Below are positions 45,511 to 55,600 of a stretch of DNA of 64,000 nucleotides, piece by piece; within the stretch, counting starts at the first letter, position 1, and every line of letters starts with the position of its first letter. Source of the DNA: a virus. The translations under genes were made by a program, and so were the position numbers. The notes beneath the pieces were generated by a model, which was not told the origin of the DNA, ran no database searches, and saw only the letters and a program-made list of their open reading frames with translations. The stretch is taken from IMG/VR virus record IMGVR_UViG_3300014205_000232, positions 675 to 64,674 of that record, one strand, 5' to 3'.

Positions 45511-46335
45511 GTGACCCTGAGAGCCACCATAAAAGTACTCCTCATTGAGGATGACCAGGATGATGCTCGTCTCTTGATCGACCTGATGGGCGATTCAGAG
45601 CGGGCAACATTCATCGTGGACGTCACATACACGGCTCAAGGGGGTTTAGACTCCCTCTCTAAGGGACGATTTGACATTGTTCTTTTGGACTATAAGCTCC
45701 CAGACATGGATGGTCTGCAGGTGCTTCGGGAAATCGAACGCTTGCACTTTCAAATTCCAGTTATCATTGTCACCAGTTACGGGGACCGAAACATCCAAGC
45801 TCGGGCTCTTGAGGCTGGAGCTACCGAGTATCTGGAGAAAGGAACCATCACGTCAGACCTCTTGGAAAGGACTTGCCTGTACACCATCGGTCTAAATGAG
45901 AGGAAACGACCCAATGACTCGGGAGCTGACGTGGGGTCGTTGATCAGTCAACTAGTTGACTTGACACGAGAGTCAGTGAAATCTCAGACCCACAGTACTC
46001 AGGAAATCCGAGAGTTGAGGCGGGAACTAGCGGAGGGTCTTGGATCTTTCAAACAAGAGTTGAAGGAGAGTCAGATCAAAGCAGAACAGCGCAACAATAT
46101 AGTTGTTGGAGAGGTTAAAAACCTCTCCAAGTTCCGGTGGCTGCTTCAATGGATTACGGAGCACCCTACAGCCTCTGTTGTAATGTTTCTCTGCCTGATT
46201 CTGGCTGTTCTCTTCATGATCTTAGCACTTCAGATTCTGGACACCGAGAAGATCAAGCAGGTCAAGGACATCCTTGATGCCCCCGTTACTTTCCTGGTTC
46301 CTAACGAGGTGTCTTGGTGGATTGGACGCCCCTAA
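45511..46335 (+). CDS. response regulator: receiver domain plus coiled-coil plus C-terminal TM helix
   Basis: KVLLIEDDQDD, phospho-acceptor context IVLLDYKLPDMDGL, ...IIVTSYGD..., EAGATEYLEK; C-terminal hydrophobic VVMFLCLILAVLFMILAL. Confidence 0.75.
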   Translation: MTLRATIKVLLIEDDQDDARLLIDLMGDSERATFIVDVTYTAQGGLDSLSKGRFDIVLLDYKLPDMDGLQVLREIERLHFQIPVIIVTSYGDRNIQARALEAGATEYLEKGTITSDLLERTCLYTIGLNERKRPNDSGADVGSLISQLVDLTRESVKSQTHSTQEIRELRRELAEGLGSFKQELKESQIKAEQRNNIVVGEVKNLSKFRWLLQWITEHPTASVVMFLCLILAVLFMILALQILDTEKIKQVKDILDAPVTFLVPNEVSWWIGRP

Positions 46336-48122
46336 AGGACCTGGGCTGTGGGGCCCTAGTTTTTGACACCGCAGGAGACCTTCGTGTGTCCCGTGTGATC
46401 TGGCTTAATGATGTAGCCACACACATGTTTGGTGCCGTCAAAGGGAAAACGTTCATTGAGGTGCTGCCCATCGACGCTTTGTTGCGTATGGCCCGACGAG
46501 TCATGCAGAACGGACCCCCAGAGTGTCTTAAAGGGTGTGCCTACCGAGGACCACAAGGGGTTCGCGGAAACGTTAATTTTGCTCGAGTGGGTAAGAATCT
46601 TGTTCTTACCATTTTTGATGTTGAGCAACTAGCCTCGGAAAGAGATCTGTTTGCGGATCGTTACCGGGCAATAGTCAACTCCCTACCCGACACCGTGCAC
46701 CTGTTGGACCAGAATGGTCTTTTTCTGGATACGCACATTGGTGTGACCAGATTTGACAATGCCACCCCCGAGTTTTACAAAGGGAACACAATCTATGATG
46801 TGTTCCCTGTCCCCGTAGCTCATGGTCTACTCGCTCGTATCCACCTTGCTATTGAGACCGGAGCGACTCAGGAATGGGAGTACACACTTCCCGAGTGGGG
46901 AGACCGTTACATTGAGGCCCGTGTTTTCAAAGTGCACCTCAGTCAAGTAGGACTGGCCGAGGTCATGTTGATTCTACGGGACATCACAGGGAGAAGGCAC
47001 GCTGAGGAGGATCTGAAAGAGACCGCCGAAAACTTCAGAGCCGCTTTTGAGGACAGCCTTGCGGGACAATTTCAACTCAATCCTGATGGCACTTTTCGAC
47101 GTGTCAATGATGCTTTAGTCCAGATGCTGGGGGTCTCCTCTTGTGGAACCCTCCTGGGACAACAGCTGCTGGACTGGGTATACCCAGAAGACTACAGCAA
47201 AGTAGCGGAAGTGATCACTCAAACTTTTGCTCTGTCCCTGGATCAAGGGGGCACGACTAGGCTGGTAACACCTACCAATAAGGTTATCTGGTGTGACTTC
47301 AGCATCAGACCCGTTGAGGTGGACGGGCATGTTCGTTACTCCACGTCCACTATCCTGGACGTGACTGAGAAGCACGACATGCATCAACGATTAGAGCAAC
47401 AAGTGGAGGCTCGAACCGCAGAGTTGCTCAATGCGAATGAAACCATCCAGCAATTTGCCTACACTGCATCTCACGATCTCCGGGAGCCGTTGAACAAGAT
47501 TATTTCCTTTGGCGATCGTCTCTCGCTTAAGTATGAGAGCAAACTGGATGAAACCGGGCTTCAGTATCTGGGCATCATGAAGTCAGCCGCTTTCAGGATG
47601 CGGGCTCTGGTGGACGACATCCTGATCTATGCCAGATCCAATAAAGAAGAGTCAGCCCCGTCTTTGTGCTCCCTCAACGTCATTGTACAGGGTGCACTCT
47701 CCGACTTGGAGGTTCCGATTTCCGAGGCGGATGCCCACATCACGGTGGGAGAACTTCCCAGTGTCATGGGCTACCCTCATCGGCTAGGTCAACTGGTTCA
47801 GAACTTGATCTCCAATGCCGTCAAGTTTCGGCATAAAGATGTTCCTTGCCATGTTTCTATCACAGGAAGTGAACTAGGGGGGATTGCTGAGCTTAGGGTA
47901 CAAGACAATGGCATCGGTTTTGACCCTCAATATGCGGACAAGATTTTTCAAGCCTTCACGCGCCTGCACACTCGGTTTGAGTACCCAGGAACGGGGATCG
48001 GACTAGCTCTCTGTCGTAAAATTGTCGCAATGCACGGGGGTACTATTGAGGCAGTAGGTGTTCCCGGTGCCGGGGCCACTTTTGTGACCAGAATCCCTGT
48101 TCAGGGAGGAACAGCAACATGA
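46314..48122 (+). CDS. sensor histidine kinase with PAS domains (HisKA plus HATPase_c)
   Basis: H-box ASHDLREPLNKI; N/G boxes LISNAVKF, DNGIGF, GTGIGLALCRKIVAMHGG; apparent TTG/GTG start overlapping the upstream stop (start uncertain). Confidence 0.85.
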   Translation: MVDWTPLKDLGCGALVFDTAGDLRVSRVIWLNDVATHMFGAVKGKTFIEVLPIDALLRMARRVMQNGPPECLKGCAYRGPQGVRGNVNFARVGKNLVLTIFDVEQLASERDLFADRYRAIVNSLPDTVHLLDQNGLFLDTHIGVTRFDNATPEFYKGNTIYDVFPVPVAHGLLARIHLAIETGATQEWEYTLPEWGDRYIEARVFKVHLSQVGLAEVMLILRDITGRRHAEEDLKETAENFRAAFEDSLAGQFQLNPDGTFRRVNDALVQMLGVSSCGTLLGQQLLDWVYPEDYSKVAEVITQTFALSLDQGGTTRLVTPTNKVIWCDFSIRPVEVDGHVRYSTSTILDVTEKHDMHQRLEQQVEARTAELLNANETIQQFAYTASHDLREPLNKIISFGDRLSLKYESKLDETGLQYLGIMKSAAFRMRALVDDILIYARSNKEESAPSLCSLNVIVQGALSDLEVPISEADAHITVGELPSVMGYPHRLGQLVQNLISNAVKFRHKDVPCHVSITGSELGGIAELRVQDNGIGFDPQYADKIFQAFTRLHTRFEYPGTGIGLALCRKIVAMHGGTIEAVGVPGAGATFVTRIPVQGGTAT

Positions 48123-48577
48123 CACGACCTCTGAGTGTGATTTTTGCAGAGGACGACGATGAGGACTGGATCCTCATCGCTGACGTCATTGACTCCTGCC
48201 CCCTTAGGGACAAACTCACGTTGGAACGTGTCCGTGACGGCCAACAACTGTTGGACCGCCTACGGGACACGGACCTGCCCCATCCTGACGTTGTCCTCCT
48301 GGACATTCAAATGCCTCGGAAGAACGGCCTTGAGACTCTACTGGAAATGAGAGCAGAGGAGGCCCTCCGTTCAATCCCAGTGATCATACTGACCACATCA
48401 GAGGCTGAATCGGATGTCTTCCGATCCTATCAGAGTGGGGCCAACTCCTACGTGGTGAAACCCGGGAGTTCTGTTGAGGCCCTTCTGCATGCTCTCAAAA
48501 ACTACTGGGTGGGGGTATGTCGGATCCCAACCCCACGCCCTGCCCTGACACATCAGGTGAAACATGAAGAGCCTTGA
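48119..48577 (+). CDS. single-domain response regulator (CheY-like)
   Basis: SVIFAEDDDED, VVLLDIQMPRKNGL, IPVIILTTSEAE, GANSYVVKP; ATGA-coupled to the kinase. Confidence 0.8.
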   Translation: MTRPLSVIFAEDDDEDWILIADVIDSCPLRDKLTLERVRDGQQLLDRLRDTDLPHPDVVLLDIQMPRKNGLETLLEMRAEEALRSIPVIILTTSEAESDVFRSYQSGANSYVVKPGSSVEALLHALKNYWVGVCRIPTPRPALTHQVKHEEP

Positions 48578-48983
48578 GGCACTCCTTAAAATAGCGGCAC
48601 CTGGAGCTGAGGCCCTACGCCTGTTGTCCAAGGTGGAAGAGCTAATCAAGGAAAACACTTATCAGCAGGAACTGATGGACCTGCTGATAAGTAAAGGTGA
48701 GGCTCGTCGTCTGGGACGGCTCACTGACGTCAAGGTGACCACCTTTGCCCTGCAGGGCAACAAGATCCAAGCCCTGGTACAAGGAACATCTGGAGTGTAT
48801 CAGACGTCCATCACTTTGTCCCCTCGAGGGCATCGGTGTAGTTGCCCCGATTGGCTTCAAAATGGCCCCAAGGTGGGACCCTGCAAGCATGTTTTAGCCC
48901 TGGCCGTAGCTTGGCAAGAGGAACGACTAGGGCCCCAAATGGAGGCCCTAGTCGAAAATCTTTTGGTCACTCTGGGTTCTTAG
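48564..48983 (+). CDS. SWIM zinc-finger protein
   Basis: CSCPDWLQNGPKVGPCKHVLAL is a CxC...CxH SWIM signature; overlaps the upstream stop. Confidence 0.6.
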   Translation: MKSLEALLKIAAPGAEALRLLSKVEELIKENTYQQELMDLLISKGEARRLGRLTDVKVTTFALQGNKIQALVQGTSGVYQTSITLSPRGHRCSCPDWLQNGPKVGPCKHVLALAVAWQEERLGPQMEALVENLLVTLGS

Positions 48984-51165
48984 CTAGCTGACTATCCCTA
49001 ACCTCTTTCTTATAGCGATAGCCGCCGTTACTCAAACCCCTCTTGTGAGCCTCAATCTCTTGTTTGGCCTCCGCTTCCCAGTACTCTTGTTGCTGAAGAA
49101 GCCCCGCCATCAAAGCCTTGTAGTCGAAGGGACCTGTGCCAACAGGTTGCAAGATCCCGGGCCCCATTCTCCAAACATCTGAAAGGATCCGATCCGCATC
49201 GAATCCCTCCGCCAGTCCTTTGGCGACCAAGAATTCCTTGACCGTGTTGCGATGCTTTTGGAAAAGGGACGGCATCTTTCGATGCATCTCCACATAGTCC
49301 CGCACTACTTGGAGAGCCTCTTGACAGGCGGCCTTGATCAGGAGGAACTGGTTTTCCCCCTCCACAATCTTGGCCTCAGCAAGTTTCCGTTGCCACCAAG
49401 CGGCGTACTTCCGACCCTGGTCTTCAAACTCGGAGGCTTGGGCCAATTTTTGACCCGCAAGGGTCAAAAACAATGCTCCATCGGAGGGGCGCAGGTTCTC
49501 AAGATCCGTGTTGCTTTGGCCGGACTTGCTGGCAAAAAGGATCTCCACGGTGGCCCTCATCTGCTCAAAAGCAGCCTCAAGTCTCTTCTCCAGGATTTTC
49601 TGTGTGTCGCCCCCCGCTTGGTAGATGTCATGCATTTGCTTGAACTGGTTTTCCAGTTTGACACAACTTGCCTGAAGATTGTCCGCCTCGGCCAAGAGGC
49701 TCTTGGTCTGCAGGGACAGAGGAGGAGTCCTCGCCACCGTGAGCATGACACTCCAGTGACCTTGCACGGCGACCCAAGTGATCTCAGGGTTGTGCTCTGG
49801 CGGGAGATCTGAGGGTGCTACAAATTGAGTCATTCTCTGTTGGGCCTCAGCAAAATGCCGGGCCCCGGCTGCCATGATAGCCACCAGCTCAAAAACCCTC
49901 GCCCGGATCTTCTCCTCTTGCTCCCGATCCTTGTGGACCATGTCAGCAAACCCCACGGGGTCCAGCCTCAACACGTCCTCCTTTTCCTGCATGGCCTTCA
50001 CGGGGTCAGGATAGAGAAAATGGTCACTGATCCATTCATGGGACAACTGAGCGTGATCAAGTCGCGCCTCCAGCTCCATATAGCGTCCCGGGGGCAAGTA
50101 AGAGATTGCAGGCTTGCTCTTTCTCTCGATAGCAACTTCAAGACGAACCACCAGGGTGAGAAACTGCTGAATCTGGGCCCTTGTACCCCGGTCCTCACCC
50201 CGGAGGTTGTTCCAGACTTGACCCATCCGATGACGGTTGTTGTTTTTCAAGGTGCTGCTCAGACTTTGGTACCTCTCCGAGATTGAAAGCTCAAGCTGGG
50301 TCAGCAGGTCCGAGGCTTCCTTGAACAGGTTGTATGTGTTCCCCTTGGAGGCTACCAGAGTCTGCACCCCCTCCCACCGTGTGGTCAACTCGGGCAACTC
50401 AGTGAGGTACCAAGTGCTATACATCTGGTACAGTTCCGACAACTGCCGCCGACGGGACCTTTTATCCGCCACCATGGTGGAAATCATCATGATCAGCCAT
50501 CCAAAAAGGACCAACACGGCTACAGGACCCATTATGTAGATCAAGATCATAGGGTCGGCCTCATCCTTCTTGGGGTAGCTCTCAAAGAGGAGATCCGGGC
50601 TAGACTGTTTGGCCTTGATGGTCTCAGGGTCCGTGTGCTCAAAGAGGTACTTGTCCAGATCCTTCATCACACTGAGAATGGCCCTCGTGGGATCCTTGGG
50701 GGTGCCCGTCAAAACGGACCGGAAGGACCCCAAGAAATCAACCATGCGATCCTGGGTGAGGCTCAACTCCTTCTGCCAGCGTGACCCGGTCATCAGTCGG
50801 ATGTACCGGGGCTGATAGGAGAGCACAAAGAGCGACGATGTTTCCGGGTTGAAGAGCATGGGGTTCTTTTCCGCCCATGTGTTCCACACCCTCTCGGTGG
50901 CCTCAGTGATTTGGGCTAGGCCACTCTTTTGTTCCTCTTCTGGGGTCTCGATCTTGTCAAAGATCACCACGTAGAAGGGATGACGGGACTGAGATGCGAG
51001 TGCCTGTAGGGCAAGGATCCCGTCGTACTCAATCCCAGGGGGATGGAAACCTTCGGGTACGGTGTACACGAAAATGCCACCATGCAACGTGGGAACCTGG
51101 CTCTCGGCGAGAGCCGGACCAGCCCCCAGAAATAACATGGCAAAGCAAAGGGATAGAAACCGCAT
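48967..51165 (-). CDS. large membrane protein with signal peptide and TPM-like domain
   Basis: Start at MRFLSLCFAMLFLGAGPALA after minus-strand promoter motif and AGAGGAG RBS; TPM-like GIFVYTVPEG...FYVVIFDKIE; central TM LVLFGWLIMMI. Confidence 0.55.
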   Translation of the reverse strand: MRFLSLCFAMLFLGAGPALAESQVPTLHGGIFVYTVPEGFHPPGIEYDGILALQALASQSRHPFYVVIFDKIETPEEEQKSGLAQITEATERVWNTWAEKNPMLFNPETSSLFVLSYQPRYIRLMTGSRWQKELSLTQDRMVDFLGSFRSVLTGTPKDPTRAILSVMKDLDKYLFEHTDPETIKAKQSSPDLLFESYPKKDEADPMILIYIMGPVAVLVLFGWLIMMISTMVADKRSRRRQLSELYQMYSTWYLTELPELTTRWEGVQTLVASKGNTYNLFKEASDLLTQLELSISERYQSLSSTLKNNNRHRMGQVWNNLRGEDRGTRAQIQQFLTLVVRLEVAIERKSKPAISYLPPGRYMELEARLDHAQLSHEWISDHFLYPDPVKAMQEKEDVLRLDPVGFADMVHKDREQEEKIRARVFELVAIMAAGARHFAEAQQRMTQFVAPSDLPPEHNPEITWVAVQGHWSVMLTVARTPPLSLQTKSLLAEADNLQASCVKLENQFKQMHDIYQAGGDTQKILEKRLEAAFEQMRATVEILFASKSGQSNTDLENLRPSDGALFLTLAGQKLAQASEFEDQGRKYAAWWQRKLAEAKIVEGENQFLLIKAACQEALQVVRDYVEMHRKMPSLFQKHRNTVKEFLVAKGLAEGFDADRILSDVWRMGPGILQPVGTGPFDYKALMAGLLQQQEYWEAEAKQEIEAHKRGLSNGGYRYKKEVRDSQLAKNPE

Positions 51166-51191
51166 GGGAAACTCCTCTGGTGTCTGCACTA

Positions 51192-51241
51192 CCTACTCGG
51201 AAAAGAAAAACATGATCATGGTTGTGGGCTTGGAGTAGTTT
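51192..51241. promoter_or_regulatory. overlapping divergent promoter-like motifs sharing a palindromic CATGATCATG core
   Basis: +: gatcatggttgtgggcttggagtagtttcc; -: gatcatgtttttcttttccgagtagg. Confidence 0.45.
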
Positions 51242-51266
51242 CCTTGCCCAAAGAAAAAGAGGACCC

Positions 51267-51683
51267 ATGTCCATGCTACACGATATCAAGACCCGAGACG
51301 ATCTTACCGAATCCCTTCATGCGAGGGCCATGGACTATGCCCAGAGACGTGCAGTTCTGGAGAAGAATTGGGCCCTCCTTCTGAGAGAGGGCAATCTAAG
51401 ATCCGTGACCCTGGAGGAGGGTCGTGACGATCTCGTGGTTCTCCTATTCGAGTGCGCCTTCATGGGTGACGTCTGGGACGATAGTCGAAGTGTTCCCCTA
51501 CGGCACTTTGAAGTCGAGCCCTCTGTTTGGACAGCAGAACTCAAAGCGCAAATGTTGGAGCAAGAACGACTGATGGCCGAACGGGAGAAGAAGGCCGTCA
51601 CTGAGAGGGAGGCCCGTATGAAGAGGGACTTGATTGCCAAGGCCAAGGCTCTAGGGCTCACTGCCGAGGATCTCAAAGAATGA
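51267..51683 (+). CDS. hypothetical protein
   Basis: Promoter motif and AAAGAGGA RBS; start could instead be Met18 (51273). Confidence 0.4.
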   Translation: MSMLHDIKTRDDLTESLHARAMDYAQRRAVLEKNWALLLREGNLRSVTLEEGRDDLVVLLFECAFMGDVWDDSRSVPLRHFEVEPSVWTAELKAQMLEQERLMAEREKKAVTEREARMKRDLIAKAKALGLTAEDLKE

Positions 51684-52816
51684 CAGATTTCTCTTTTTCG
51701 GGCATGACTCCGGCCCTCGAACACTATTTTTCGGAGCTGGAAAAGTTCAACGACCAGGTCAGGTCTTCCCTCGAGCCGATTGAGCTTGCCAAAATCGCTT
51801 GGCTTGAGGCGTCACCGGAAAAGGACACATCGCACCCCCTTTGGCTGTCCCTGCAGAAGTGCTCTCAGGAGCACGATGCCGAGCAAGACCGATGGAGACA
51901 GCACTTACGAGAACTCAAGGAGTCTCTCCCTGCGGGTCTGACTGACCAATATCGTAAGGAGTTGGTGGTCTGGGCTTGTAGGGATGAGACCACTCAGGGA
52001 GACCCCTTGTTTGAAACAAGCCCTTCTGGGAGGTACGTGCTGCAGGTAACAAGGCACGCTCAGAAAGGGGGTTGGGACTACTCCAAGGGGGTCGTCTTTG
52101 AGGGCCCGGAGTTGAGGCCCATCCAAACCGTGTGCCGAAACCATGGGTCCTTTCCAGCGACTTTTGTCGAGGATCATCCCAATGGCCATGACTATCTGGT
52201 CTGCGGGTATGACTACCAAGGGCAAACGGTCTTGGAGTTGGACACCGGGGTGCGTAAGGACTCCTTGCCTGCCTCAGCCGAGGCAGGATTCGGGTTCTGT
52301 TGGGATCATGCCGAGGCCTCACCCTCTAAGAACACCCTGCTAGTCGAGGGGTGCTATTGGGCGGGCCCGTTTGAGATTTGGTTCGTGGACTTCACCTATC
52401 CTTTGGCCTCCCCACTCCCGGTTTTGCACCGCGAGTCGGATGCCCACCTCTTCCAAGCTTGGGTAGGCCCTGACGCAGCCACCATGGAACGTTCCTACGA
52501 ATTCTACATTCCTCTTGGAAAGAGGGCGGATGAGGTGACGGAGGAGGAGGAAGACGCCATGACCCTCCTGATCAACAAGAGAACACCGAACGTCGCGAAG
52601 ACAATGATCGAGACTTTCACCTGGACCCGTCCCAGCCTTGAACAGGCGGCCAAGGACTACGTGGATTATCTCTATCATGGGTGGGTTCGCCATGGGGTGC
52701 CTTTGGCTCAAGACTTCATTGACAATGCTCGGGTCCTTCTACAAAACGTCCCCAACAAGGAAGAGAGACAATCTTTGTTGGACTCGCTTCTTGTTAATGG
52801 AGTGCGAATCCTTTGA
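51680..52816 (+). CDS. hypothetical protein
   Basis: ORF track; ATGA overlap. Confidence 0.5.
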   Translation: MTDFSFSGMTPALEHYFSELEKFNDQVRSSLEPIELAKIAWLEASPEKDTSHPLWLSLQKCSQEHDAEQDRWRQHLRELKESLPAGLTDQYRKELVVWACRDETTQGDPLFETSPSGRYVLQVTRHAQKGGWDYSKGVVFEGPELRPIQTVCRNHGSFPATFVEDHPNGHDYLVCGYDYQGQTVLELDTGVRKDSLPASAEAGFGFCWDHAEASPSKNTLLVEGCYWAGPFEIWFVDFTYPLASPLPVLHRESDAHLFQAWVGPDAATMERSYEFYIPLGKRADEVTEEEEDAMTLLINKRTPNVAKTMIETFTWTRPSLEQAAKDYVDYLYHGWVRHGVPLAQDFIDNARVLLQNVPNKEERQSLLDSLLVNGVRIL

Positions 52817-52823
52817 TCTTCGA

Positions 52824-52850
52824 GATCATCTCGACCTTTCTAGAGTAGTG
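52824..52850 (+). promoter_or_regulatory. promoter-like motif upstream of ligA
   Basis: gatcatctcgacctttctagagtagtg, then AAAGGAGA and ATG. Confidence 0.5.
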
Positions 52851-52870
52851 TAAGGGTAAAGGAGATCCCT

Positions 52871-54946
52871 ATGTTGGACCTTGTGGCACGCCTGGAAAAG
52901 GCTCGAAACGACTACTACAACGGCAACCCGACTATGTCGGATGCCCAGTACGACGCCCTCGAAGACGAGTTGCGCAAGCAGAACCCCAACCATCCTTTCC
53001 TGGCCAAGGTGGGATCTCCGGTCCCCCAGAATGGCGCTTGGGCCAAGACCAAGCATGCCATTCCCATGGGGAGCCTGAACAAGGCTCAGGTGGACACCGA
53101 GATCTCTGACTGGCTGAAGGGTTGTTCCTACAAGGCGGGTGAGGCACTCACGATCACTGACAAGTGCGACGGCATTAGTCTTGCCCTGCACTATCGGGAC
53201 CGCAAAATGGTCCAGGCAGTCACCCGTGGGGACGGTCTCGTAGGTGAGGACATCACCCGTAACGTCCTGCTGATGAAGGGGTTCCCCAAGGTACTCCCCC
53301 CGACCCTGTTCGCCGAGAGTGGTCCCTTCCAGACCCCGAATGACGTGTACATTCGGGGTGAGATCATCGTGACCCACACGGACTTCGACACCTTTTTCAA
53401 GGGTGAGTCGAATCCCCGAAACACCGCCTCGGGAACGGCCAAGCGTCAGTCGGATGCGGCCAAGTGCGCGCACCTCACGGTCCTCTGCTACCAGCTCCTG
53501 CCCAACGGGGTCACCTATGGCAAGAAGCAAGAGGAGCTGAAGGCTCTTCAGACGGCCGGCTTCCAGACCCCACAGGTCAAGGTGTGCCACTCGGTGGCTG
53601 AGGTTTTCGATCGGTACGAGAACTACGTAGCCAAGGACCGCAAGGCTCTTGACTATGACATTGACGGGCTGGTCATTGATATCGACAGCACCCCCGAGCG
53701 AGATCGGCTTGGGGATCTCAACGGGCGGCCCAAGGGCAGCATCGCTTTCAAGTTCCCTCATGAGTCGAAGGCTACGGTGCTCCGGGCAATCCGGTGGCAG
53801 GTCGGAAACAGCGGACGAATCACTCCGGTGGCCGAGTTTGACACCGTGTCCCTGGCGGGAGCCAACGTGTCCCAGGCCAGCCTGCACAACATCTCGAACA
53901 TCGACGCCCTTGTGGCCATGATCGGACAGCAGTTTTTTGCAAGTGGCGACAAGATCCGGGTCAGCCGCCGAAATGACGTGATCCCCTACGTGGAAGAGGC
54001 CCTTGAGGCTTACCAGGGGGCCGACGTAGACAGCAAGGTCCTCAAGACTCCGACCAACTGTCCCGCATGTGCCGGCAAGTTGGAGCGAGACGGTGAGTAC
54101 CTCGTTTGTCGCAATGAGGAATGCAGCGCCCAGGCCACGGGGGCACTTCGCCGGTGGGTCAAGAAGATCGGGGTCCTTCACGTTGGCGACAGCCTGTTGG
54201 AGGCAATGGCGGCAGCTTTCCCTTTCATCCTGACGGAGGCTGAGTTTGAGTCCCGCTTCGGTGTGAAGCAGAAGGACTTCACCACGCTCCCCGCCGACCG
54301 ACAGGAAGTGATTGCCGCCTCGGTTATGGATCCGGCGGACCTCTACTGCCTGGACGTGGACGCTGTGGCAGCCCTGGATACGGGCGGACGCCGTGTGGGT
54401 GGCACGGCCGACAAGGCGATCGGCAACCTCATGGCGAAAATGACCATGCCCCTTCAGGTGGTTGTGGGGTCCATTGGGATCCCGCTCATCGGGCGGGATA
54501 TGACCAAGACGATCATTGACGCCGGATACAACAGCCTGAGCCTCATGCTTAAGGCAAGGGTCACCTCCCCCCTGCACCTTCCTGACCGGATTCTCCCGGG
54601 TCTGGCCTCTATCCCCGGAGTGGGTGACACCAAGGCCAAGGCTTTTGTGGAAGGCTTTGAAGCCAAGGTCGGGCTGCTGGCCAAGCTGAACGCAGTTGGT
54701 GTGCGGGTGCAGACAGTCAAGGGCCCCCTGGTGGGTAAGAGCTTCTGCCTGACGGGTTTCCGTGACGCGGCCCTTACGGACGCTCTGGAGCTTGCTGGTG
54801 GTACGGTCAAGAGCAGTGTGTCCAAGGGTTTGGATTTCCTGATTGCCGCAGACCCCAACAGCAACACGGGGAAGGCCCAGACTGCCCGAAAGCTGGGGAC
54901 CAAGGTGATCGGGGTTGACGAGGCTCGCACCATGGCGGGGCTGTGA
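52871..54946 (+). CDS. ligA: NAD-dependent DNA ligase
   Basis: Adenylation motif TDKCDGISL (KxDG), OB and Zn-finger CPACAGKL...CRNEEC, HhH region, C-terminal BRCT FCLTGF...; the antisense 583-aa ORF is rejected. Confidence 0.9.
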   Translation: MLDLVARLEKARNDYYNGNPTMSDAQYDALEDELRKQNPNHPFLAKVGSPVPQNGAWAKTKHAIPMGSLNKAQVDTEISDWLKGCSYKAGEALTITDKCDGISLALHYRDRKMVQAVTRGDGLVGEDITRNVLLMKGFPKVLPPTLFAESGPFQTPNDVYIRGEIIVTHTDFDTFFKGESNPRNTASGTAKRQSDAAKCAHLTVLCYQLLPNGVTYGKKQEELKALQTAGFQTPQVKVCHSVAEVFDRYENYVAKDRKALDYDIDGLVIDIDSTPERDRLGDLNGRPKGSIAFKFPHESKATVLRAIRWQVGNSGRITPVAEFDTVSLAGANVSQASLHNISNIDALVAMIGQQFFASGDKIRVSRRNDVIPYVEEALEAYQGADVDSKVLKTPTNCPACAGKLERDGEYLVCRNEECSAQATGALRRWVKKIGVLHVGDSLLEAMAAAFPFILTEAEFESRFGVKQKDFTTLPADRQEVIAASVMDPADLYCLDVDAVAALDTGGRRVGGTADKAIGNLMAKMTMPLQVVVGSIGIPLIGRDMTKTIIDAGYNSLSLMLKARVTSPLHLPDRILPGLASIPGVGDTKAKAFVEGFEAKVGLLAKLNAVGVRVQTVKGPLVGKSFCLTGFRDAALTDALELAGGTVKSSVSKGLDFLIAADPNSNTGKAQTARKLGTKVIGVDEARTMAGL

Positions 54947-55263
54947 AGTTCAAAACGGAGAAGACAACACTGGGTGGTTTGACCTACTGGGTCGAGTATG
55001 ACCTCCCAGTGTTGGAGCCCTCGAGGGACTGGAAAATAGTCGCTCGGGGTTGTGTCGGCTACAAGCATGACACAGGGCAAGGTTACACCTTGGAAACGGA
55101 GACCAAGGTGACTTTTGGTCGGGATGAGAAACAAGTGCTGGAAGTTGCGAAAAAGCGGGTGACCAAGGACTTGTTTCGAGTAGTAGCTTTCATCGAGAAA
55201 GCTACTGACCCGGAGCAGAATGACCATGCCGACTTTCGAGTACCCCCCCTTGATCTCAGTTGA
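54943..55263 (+). CDS. hypothetical protein (apparent GTG start overlapping the ligA stop)
   Basis: ORF track; non-ATG start, so weaker. Confidence 0.35.
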   Translation: MKFKTEKTTLGGLTYWVEYDLPVLEPSRDWKIVARGCVGYKHDTGQGYTLETETKVTFGRDEKQVLEVAKKRVTKDLFRVVAFIEKATDPEQNDHADFRVPPLDLS

Positions 55264-55414
55264 GCAACAGAACTGCTCACACCGTTGGGACGGTCCGATT
55301 CTCACCTCCGAGGATGGTTTGCTGGAAACGGCCACCTGTTCCTTGTGTCATGTGATGGATCTGGATGAAACTCTGACGGCTTTAGATCATGCTGAGGACT
55401 CTTTGAGTAGCTAA
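55220..55414 (+). CDS. small hypothetical protein
   Basis: ORF track; stop inside promoter box B. Confidence 0.3.
   Translation: MTMPTFEYPPLISVEQQNCSHRWDGPILTSEDGLLETATCSLCHVMDLDETLTALDHAEDSLSS
55384..55412 (+). promoter_or_regulatory. promoter-like motif with no downstream ORF (drives the candidate ncRNA)
   Basis: gatcatgctgaggactctttgagtagcta. Confidence 0.5.
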
Positions 55415-55600
55415 GGGGAGACGGTTAGGGGTTCAGCGGGCTAATGGCTTAAGGCGCGACCTGATCCGAGGGATGACTACCCACGGGGAGGGGACAAGCC
55501 ACCACACCAGAGACACCTAGTCAGTGTTTACCGGGTGGGAGAGTACCCCGATAAGAGGGAGGTCCAGGTGGAAATCCTGGGTGGCCCGCTGAGCCCCTAA
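55413..55600 (+). ncRNA. candidate structured non-coding RNA
   Basis: ~280-nt ORF-free gap. Transcription would start at the 55384 motif. 14-bp closing helix ggggttcagcgggc (55427-55440) pairs with gcccgctgagcccc (55583-55596) with one G-U. Internal hairpin ccaggtggaaatcctgg. Confidence 0.35.

Noticed and set aside
52826-54577. 583-aa minus-strand ORF
   Set aside because: Antisense to the ligA gene, which has unambiguous KxDG, Zn-finger and BRCT motifs.
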